Source of the DNA: Psammoneis japonica
Lineage: Eukaryota
Direction: 5' to 3'
DNA: 64,000 nt
NCBI GenBank assembly: GCA_008632985.1
Contig: QPGO01000026.1
Span: 434,001-498,000, forward strand
Each line of letters begins with the position of its first letter. Position 1 is the first letter of the stretch. The translations under genes were made by a program, and so were the position numbers. Under the pieces are notes generated by a model. That model was not told the DNA's origin, made no database searches, and saw nothing but the letters and a program-made list of their open reading frames with translations. Positions 63,561 to 64,000 of the stretch are shown one piece after another.

Positions 63561-64000
63561 CTTGATGTTGTGATTGATGCAGAAACAACATCATTTCCCA
63601 ATGTCTTTGATGAATGCCCCTGGAGTGGTTTAGATGAGGATCATGCTGAATGGAAGGAAAATGTCCCAGCCAAACTCATGATGTCTCCACAAGTGTCAGA
63701 AAATCCTCATGCCTGTGAGAAGGATCCGGGCCATGCTCAGGTGGCTTGCGTTGCGTTGCTTGATGCCACCAGCAAGTCCAATGCTCATGACACCCTTCAG
63801 AATCTCCCAGAGGCTTGACAGACCAGTCATCATCTTTGGAAGACATGGAGGGCATGGCAGAAGGAGCAGACAAACAAGCTCTCTGCTGGGCCCATGCTGA
63901 CCGACTCTTGTCAGCAACTGGCAAAATGGCAGACGTGTCGGTTGACCTTTTTCAATGTGACATGAACAGGTGTTTTGCAGGCAAAGATTTCCAGCCAGTG

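Overview
Eukaryotic nuclear DNA, most likely a diatom or another photosynthetic stramenopile. The evidence is short GT-AG introns, bipartite plastid-targeting presequences, CoDi-type Copia elements and a DUF6824 protein. The window alternates between two sharply bounded compartments. (1) Normal gene islands hold about 10 genes: a secreted propeller-like protein, an SPX-MFS phosphate transporter, a plastid GluRS with a C-terminal tRNA-binding domain, Mpv17/PMP22, a metallophosphoesterase, a Cys-rich surface protein, a Myb-like protein, an ABC1/UbiB kinase, DUF6824+CRAL-TRIO, and an ELW-repeat/TSP3 protein. (2) Transposon-rich blocks cover about half the window (approx. 940-7680, 8480-11370, 14340-16810, 23225-24200, 34680-42297, 45830-58700 and 63200-64000), and in them the dinucleotide TpA is almost erased. 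Conserved protein motifs, the two LTRs of one complete Copia element and paralogous copies indicate that TpA became TpG or CpA, i.e. A:T->G:C on both strands with a preference for 5'-TAY. The result is Tyr->Cys/His, Val(GTA)->Ala and Leu(CTA)->Pro. The process affects LTR retrotransposons, a DNA transposon and an intron-containing host gene, but spares neighbouring genes and short MITEs. It looks like a RIP-like, domain-targeted DNA hypermutation of opposite polarity to fungal RIP, and it is the main candidate for an undescribed system. A base-calling artefact at a modified base must still be excluded, because the assembly shows a few probable 1-nt indel errors. All counts are by eye and approximate; no database searches were run.
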